Below, piece by piece: positions 46,346-51,400 of a stretch of DNA of 51,400 bases. The number at the start of each line of letters is the position of its first letter. Within the stretch, counting starts at the first letter, position 1. The position numbers and the translations under genes are program-made. Under the pieces are notes generated by a model. It made no database searches. It was not told the origin of the DNA and worked only from the letters and a program-made list of their open reading frames with translations. Source of the DNA: Candidatus Saccharimonadota bacterium (GTDB lineage: Bacteria > Patescibacteriota > Saccharimonadia > Saccharimonadales > 2-12-FULL-41-12); contig JALHOM010000008.1 in NCBI GenBank assembly GCA_022842995.1, forward strand, positions 1 through 51,400, in the 5' to 3' direction.

Positions 46346-47107
46346 TCAAAGGAGCGACGATACGACGGCTTCGTAGAGTTTATGTGGCTGCTGGATGGCC
46401 CAGGCGGCAGTCTTGCCAGATGATGACGTTGGTGTTCGGGATTCACAAACAGCGCCACGACTTACTGCCCATTGACTATCGTTGTGCGAGGTCAGAAGGA
46501 CGGCCTCGGTATGCTGTGAAATAAATATCAGGGCTTGGTGGAAGTTGCGAATCGTTATGTCATTGGTTATTGCTATCGTGCTGCCTAGTTCTATGGCGAG
46601 GCTTCTGAGCTGATCGAAGTTAAGGCACAGGACGGTTGAGCTAGGGCGGTTTAAGAATTTGCTCCACCCAGAAGCAAAGCTTTGGTAAGCGTCTTGATCA
46701 AACACCATGATCCCAGGATATTTGGTGATAAATTTTTCCAGCAGTAAACTGGTTTCGCTGTTTTTACCCAAATCACCGGCGAGCAAAACCCCGTCGGACC
46801 AGTGTGCGATATCTTGAAGTTCGGTGAGAGCTTTTTGGCCAAAGCTTCCGCTCGGCGTCGACGGCGCGTACTCGATATGTGGTAAATCTTTGGTGAGTTT
46901 GCGCAGTGAATCTGGCAGCAGTAAACGTATAGTGCCCGCTCCCGCTGTCTCTGCATGAGAAAACAGAGCAGATACATGACCAAGGTCCCCACCGCCTCCA
47001 CCGACAATCAAAAGCTTGCCTGCTCCATGAGCCGTCTCTGGTCGCGCCCACACGACGTCAGGAAACGCAGGATTGTCTGGCGTTTGGGTATTTTTATCTA
47101 TGCCCAT
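46346..47107 (-). CDS. Degenerate NAD(P)HX dehydratase (NnrD/YjeF C-domain)-like protein
   Basis: GKLLIVGG, AGAGTIRL, DGVLLAGDLG; canonical C-terminal ATP motif not recognisable. Confidence 0.7.
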   Translation of the reverse strand: MGIDKNTQTPDNPAFPDVVWARPETAHGAGKLLIVGGGGGDLGHVSALFSHAETAGAGTIRLLLPDSLRKLTKDLPHIEYAPSTPSGSFGQKALTELQDIAHWSDGVLLAGDLGKNSETSLLLEKFITKYPGIMVFDQDAYQSFASGWSKFLNRPSSTVLCLNFDQLRSLAIELGSTIAITNDITIRNFHQALIFISQHTEAVLLTSHNDSQWAVSRGAVCESRTPTSSSGKTAAWAIQQPHKLYEAVVSSLL

Positions 47108-48141
47108 ATTTCGTTAACGAGTTCAGGACCATATGTTGCTAAACTGCCGGGGCAAAGTACCCTCGATGCAGTGCGCGGGGGTTTTGGCTTCTTAGGGTCG
47201 TATTGTTGAGTCGCATCAAGCTCATGCGAAGGCAGCTCTCTATGGGTGTGAAAATCACTCACGATGGGTAGCATAAGTCCGTGTATTCTTGGTCTTACTA
47301 CTCTTCCGTTAACGAGTAGACTAGACATGCCTTTTTTAATCGCGCCTATGCCGCTTATTGCTGAAGCTATTTGAAATCGGTCTTCCGATCCAGCGGTTGC
47401 GCTGAAAGGATCAACAAGCACAATTTTATCAGGGTGCTCGGTGTTTAATAATTTGATAAAGCCGGAATCGCTGGTTGATGAAGTAGTTTGCTGTTCGCAT
47501 ATCTTCAAGATGAAAAGACCAATATCTCTACCACCTTTCTTTCTGAGAGTGTCGCGAATGTATTTATACGCATCTAGAGTTTTTTTACTCACTTTGGCAC
47601 CCGGTAAAACAGGTATTTCGAGAAAAATGGGATTATGGAGATTTGCTAATAAATCGGTTTTTTCAACCAGGCTAGCCTCTTGCTCATCGGTGCTCAGTCC
47701 GGCGATGACTCTTCTGCCAATTAGCCAGTTTTCGTCTATGAGCCTCTCCTCGAGTGCTATTGGACCTAAGTGGCGTACAACCTGACTGCAGCCGGCATGC
47801 ATGAGTTGGACATATGAGCTGGCGGTGGATTCTACTATTTCGTTGTGCTCATCTGCACTAAGGTCCTTTAGCTCGTCGTCTTTATATGATGATGGATCTT
47901 GGAGCAAAAGTATACTCGAAGGAAAATGTTGACGAATCCGTTGTCGTTCTTCGGATATTCTACTGGCGGTTACTGCCGCCTCTTTCAGGTCTGGGTTGTG
48001 TAATTGCACGGTGTGCTTAATCAGAAATACCCCGGTGCTTAATCGACCTTGAGCGCTTTCAAGAAGCGCTTGGGTAGGCGCATCTGTTTCCGTAAAAGGA
48101 AATATAGATTGTGGTCTAGCGGATTCTGTCGTTGTGTTCAT
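47098..48141 (-). CDS. Hypothetical protein, possibly a degenerate class-I DAHP synthase fold
   Basis: Spacing and partial motifs resemble AroG/F; catalytic motifs are absent. Confidence 0.5.
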   Translation of the reverse strand: MNTTTESARPQSIFPFTETDAPTQALLESAQGRLSTGVFLIKHTVQLHNPDLKEAAVTASRISEERQRIRQHFPSSILLLQDPSSYKDDELKDLSADEHNEIVESTASSYVQLMHAGCSQVVRHLGPIALEERLIDENWLIGRRVIAGLSTDEQEASLVEKTDLLANLHNPIFLEIPVLPGAKVSKKTLDAYKYIRDTLRKKGGRDIGLFILKICEQQTTSSTSDSGFIKLLNTEHPDKIVLVDPFSATAGSEDRFQIASAISGIGAIKKGMSSLLVNGRVVRPRIHGLMLPIVSDFHTHRELPSHELDATQQYDPKKPKPPRTASRVLCPGSLATYGPELVNEIWA

Positions 48142-48168
48142 CTTAATTTAAGTCGTAGGTTAGTCGTT

Positions 48169-48198
48169 AAAAAAGCCGCCTGGGTTTCGCAGGCGGCT
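48169..48198 (-). terminator. Intrinsic terminator in the 5' leader of the 48141 gene
   Basis: 9-bp stem AGCCGCCTG/CAGGCGGCT followed by TTTTT on the minus strand. Confidence 0.85.
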
Positions 48199-48264
48199 CG
48201 CTAACTTTGTTTCGATGTTATTTGCCGTATAAGTAGCCTGCTTTATCGTGAGCTAAAAAAACAA

Positions 48265-48321
48265 TTAGCGGACACGAATCGCCACTAGTTGCATCTTTAA
48301 TGCGTAAAACACAGCTCTCAT
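48265..48321 (-). CDS. Candidate 18-aa leader peptide MRAVFYALKMQLVAIRVR
   Basis: ATG 9 nt after TGGTATAAT; upstream of the terminator. Confidence 0.4.
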   Translation of the reverse strand: MRAVFYALKMQLVAIRVR

Positions 48322-48353
48322 ACTGAATATATTATACCACTTCGAGTCAAGAC

Positions 48354-49145
48354 TTAGGCAATCTCGACAGATATCGGACAGTGGTCAGAGCCGAAAACTT
48401 GGTCGTGGATAGACGCTTTGCTGACGCGATCTTTTAGGCTGCTGGATACCATGAAATAATCTATCCGCCAGCCAACGTTTCTAGCGCGGGCGTTGGCCCA
48501 GTGGGTCCACCAGGTGTAGTGCCCGTTGCCTTGGGTAAATAACCTGAATGTATCTATAAAACCCTGGTCGATCATGTTTTCGAAGCCTTCTCGCTCTTCG
48601 TTAGTAAAGCCGTGTTTACCGACATTTGGCTTGGGATTTGCCAGGTCGTCTTCGGTATGGGCCACGTTGAAGTCGCCGCAAAAAATCACCGGTTTGGTGG
48701 CCTCAAGTTGCTTCATATATTCCAAAAAGGCCTTGTCCCAGGCTTGATGTCGGAGCTTAAGACGACTGAGGTCGCCTTTGCTGTTGGGTGTATAAACAGT
48801 GACGAGGTAAAAATCTTCAAATTCGGCGGCCAGTACCCTGCCCTCTTCGTTGGGGTGGCCGTATTTGTCCTCTAGCTCGTATTTGTCGGCGATGCTTCCC
48901 GGGATATCGTTTATGACGCTGATCGGTTTAACTTTGGTAAAAATTGCTGTGCCGGAGTAACCTTTTTTGGTAGCTGAATTCCAGTATTCTTCGTATTCCG
49001 CCAGTTCCACAGGAGACTGCCCTTGCTCCGCTTTGGTTTCCTGCAAGCAAACAATATCAGGCTGCTCGTCTGCTATGAATTTCTGAAATAATTCTTTGCC
49101 CCATACCGCACGGATGCCATTGACGTTCCAAGAGTAAATTTTCAT
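48354..49145 (-). CDS. xth: Exodeoxyribonuclease III
   Basis: SWNVNGIRA, LQETK, GDFNVAH, GWRIDY, SDHCP; start ATG at 49145 preferred over 49181. Confidence 0.97.
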   Translation of the reverse strand: MKIYSWNVNGIRAVWGKELFQKFIADEQPDIVCLQETKAEQGQSPVELAEYEEYWNSATKKGYSGTAIFTKVKPISVINDIPGSIADKYELEDKYGHPNEEGRVLAAEFEDFYLVTVYTPNSKGDLSRLKLRHQAWDKAFLEYMKQLEATKPVIFCGDFNVAHTEDDLANPKPNVGKHGFTNEEREGFENMIDQGFIDTFRLFTQGNGHYTWWTHWANARARNVGWRIDYFMVSSSLKDRVSKASIHDQVFGSDHCPISVEIA

Positions 49146-49206
49146 ATGTTTATAGTAGCTGTCGTGGCAGCCAAGAAGCAAATTCTTCGTAGATATTCTT
49201 TATCAG

Positions 49207-49944
49207 ATGGGTACGCAGGAGTATAATAGAACTTTAATGACATACAAACGCGTTCTTCTCAAGCTTTCCGGCGAGCAACTAGCCGGCCAATTTGAAACAG
49301 GTATTGATCCAGACTTTGCGCACTGGATCGCCAAAGAGATAAAACAAGTCGCCGACACAGGCACGCAAGTAGTGATCATGGTTGGCGGTGGCAACTTGGT
49401 CCGTGGCGCTAACGTAGCCGGAAACGGCATTCGCCGAGTTACGGCCGACCATATGGGAATGCTGGCGACCATGATTAACGCTTTGGCTTTGACCGATATT
49501 ATGGAGTCTGAAGGTGTAAAAACACGCTGTTTAAGTAATATTTTTGCCGAGCAAGTGGCCGAGCCTTTCGTGCATCGTTTGGCTAACAAGCACCTCGAAA
49601 AAGGGCGTGTAGTAGTGGCTGCTGGGGGGATTGGTAGGCCGTACATGACTACCGATACAGCGGCAGTTGCTTTGGCTTTGGAGCTTGACTGCGAAGCTGT
49701 GCTCAAAGCCACCAAGGTTGACGGCGTCTATGACAAAGACCCTAACAAGCACGATGATGCCGTAAAATTCGATAATCTTGGCTTCGAACAAGCGGTAGCC
49801 GATGCCGATATTAAAATCATGGACAAAGCAGCCATTGGCCTGGCTATGGAACAGGGCATGAAAGTCGTTGTCTTTAACCCCATGGAAGACGGTGCTATTG
49901 CTAAGGTCGTGAATGGCAATGATATTGGAACGACCATCTCGTAA
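49207..49944 (+). CDS. pyrH: Uridylate kinase
   Basis: RVLLKLSGE, VGGGN, DHMGMLAT, TTDTAA, DGVYDKDP. Confidence 0.97.
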   Translation: MGTQEYNRTLMTYKRVLLKLSGEQLAGQFETGIDPDFAHWIAKEIKQVADTGTQVVIMVGGGNLVRGANVAGNGIRRVTADHMGMLATMINALALTDIMESEGVKTRCLSNIFAEQVAEPFVHRLANKHLEKGRVVVAAGGIGRPYMTTDTAAVALALELDCEAVLKATKVDGVYDKDPNKHDDAVKFDNLGFEQAVADADIKIMDKAAIGLAMEQGMKVVVFNPMEDGAIAKVVNGNDIGTTIS

Positions 49945-50243
49945 ACTAGCTATGAGCTAGTAGCTAGCAGTGAGTCATGAGACATGAGTTATGAGTTTAG
50001 ATTCGCCTCCGGCGAAAGGAGATAATAACTTGTAGCTCTCTTTAATCTTTCGTCTATAATTTTTAGGCTTTCGTCTGTCGATTCTTATCTCTTGACTCTT
50101 AACTCATGACTCTAGTTCAGAAATTTGAAATTGGCATTAACCCAAAAAGTCGCTATTGCCAACCACCAATGGATAAAACATACTCAGCTAGTTTCTAGTT
50201 TCTAGTTTCTAGTTTCTAGTTTCTAGTTTCTAGTTTCTAGTTT
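49945..50243 (+). repeat. Modular heptamer-based element, copy B, ending in (CTAGTTT)x8
   Basis: Exact blocks of 24, 16, 15, 12 and 15 nt shared with copy A; array spans 50188-50243. Confidence 0.9.
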
Positions 50244-50815
50244 CGAATCCCATGGATGTCGGCGCTCGAGAAGTCCATAGCGTTAGAGTCTATGGTTATT
50301 CCTGACAGATCAGGATTGTCGCGCAGGCCTCTAAATAGTGTGATGTGCGGGCTGAGTTCAAGGGCCCATTTGAAGTTGATGCTCGACTTCATGAATTCTT
50401 CTGGGTCGTCTACCCCACAGCCTTTCAAAAAAGTTGTGAGATCTAAAAGGGCTTGGTCGTGACTTTTTATTAGGTCGTCGTTGGGTAGTAGCCTGAGTGC
50501 CAAAACCGAGCGATTAATACCAAATAACGATAACTCGGTAGGTGTTAAGGATGTTGGAGATGGTAAATGCTGTTTGGCGGTTTCGATATATAGCGTTAGG
50601 TTTTCCTGGAATACGCTATTGGTCAGATTTGGCATTACCCTACGAATGTCGTGAAAGACATGCTCTGCCACGCCAAAATGAAGTACGGTAACGTGCCACT
50701 TGCTTGGTTCGACTGGACGACCCTTAATGGTATTTTTGAGTGCGTCAGTCAACTCGCCGAGTCTGTCGCGCGTTTCATCTGACGGGATAAGCTCAATATA
50801 TAACCTCGTGTCCAT
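50237..50815 (-). CDS. 2H phosphoesterase (2'-5' RNA ligase-like) family protein
   Basis: Two HxT motifs (WHVTV, PHITL). Confidence 0.8.
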   Translation of the reverse strand: MDTRLYIELIPSDETRDRLGELTDALKNTIKGRPVEPSKWHVTVLHFGVAEHVFHDIRRVMPNLTNSVFQENLTLYIETAKQHLPSPTSLTPTELSLFGINRSVLALRLLPNDDLIKSHDQALLDLTTFLKGCGVDDPEEFMKSSINFKWALELSPHITLFRGLRDNPDLSGITIDSNAMDFSSADIHGIRN

Positions 50816-50852
50816 GAGGGTATTCTAGCAAGATTATTAAGAAATGCGGCTA

Positions 50853-51254
50853 CTATTCAATGTTTTGAAAGCGTCCTTCTTGGTATGGAGGATAGCATAT
50901 TTCATAAAAAACCAAATCAGAGTCTGCAAGCCACTGCATCGTATCCCCAATGCCCACAATAACTTCAGTAGTTATTCCTTGAAAGGAATATGTTTTTTGG
51001 GCGCCTGTTGGCGATGTCACTGTTAAAGTACCGGTGCCGCTGAGATAGCCCTCAATTGTCATTTCTCCGAAAAGGATCTTTTGTTTTGGAGTTTTGTAGC
51101 CTTTTTTGACACTGACTATTCCAAGGTCGCACGAACTGTCGTTGGTGAACACGTAGATATCACAAGAGACCCCTTCTTGTACTTGCTGAGTTTCGATATA
51201 GGCAACGGGGTGAACCTTGCCGTCACGTTCGAAGGTGGTCAATTTTACACTCAT
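50853..51254 (-). CDS. Hypothetical protein, possibly cupin-like
   Basis: CDLGIVSV...TIEGYLSGTGTLTV beta-rich pattern. Confidence 0.65.
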   Translation of the reverse strand: MSVKLTTFERDGKVHPVAYIETQQVQEGVSCDIYVFTNDSSCDLGIVSVKKGYKTPKQKILFGEMTIEGYLSGTGTLTVTSPTGAQKTYSFQGITTEVIVGIGDTMQWLADSDLVFYEICYPPYQEGRFQNIE

Positions 51255-51256
51255 TG

Positions 51257-51400
51257 TTACATGATAACAGAGAGGGCTTCAGTATATTCAATTGCTGGGA
51301 TGTTTGGCGGAGGGAGAGGGATATCTGGATTTTGCTTACAAAATCCATCCTCCGAAGTGCTCGACAGATAAGAAAGCAAGACTTTCTTATCTTCCTGTGC
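51257..51400 (-). CDS. 3' end of a CDS running off the window edge
   Basis: 47 open codons from the window end to the TAA at 51257. Confidence 0.55.
   Translation of the reverse strand, partial: AQEDKKVLLSYLSSTSEDGFCKQNPDIPLPPPNIPAIEYTEALSVIM

Noticed and set aside
1-51400. Prophage or integrative element
   Set aside because: No integrase, transposase, terminase or structural phage genes recognised.

Overview
Core chromosomal segment, most likely from a Saccharibacteria (Patescibacteria/CPR) genome. The taxonomy is inferred from gene content and style; genetic code 11 is used, with TGA acting as a stop (e.g. ftsW). It holds the tail of a dcw cluster (PBP/ftsI, mraY, ftsW, murG, ftsQ-like), topA-dprA, pth, der, a pseudouridine synthase, two kinase/receiver pairs, tRNA-Glu and tRNA-Leu, gltX, xth and pyrH. 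It also holds surface proteins (sortase, PEGA-like, DUF3048-like), an accessory block (S66 peptidase, HEPN-like protein, SDR-carotenoid oxygenase-MarR, peptidase E) and many ORFans. No cas genes, integrase, transposase or reverse transcriptase were recognised. The most unusual signals are non-coding. (1) A multi-helix structured RNA candidate upstream of dprA whose six non-Watson-Crick pairs are all G-U on the minus strand, next to an 80-bp-period mini-array with covarying hairpins. (2) A three-copy modular dispersed element built from heptamer repeats that overlaps gene stop codons. (3) Twin covarying palindromes with a TGTGA-N6-TCACA core. (4) A tRNA-Glu-like fragment split by a 100-nt structured insert in the D-loop. 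(5) Two candidate translation-coupled attenuators. All protein calls come from motif recognition by eye, not database searches.
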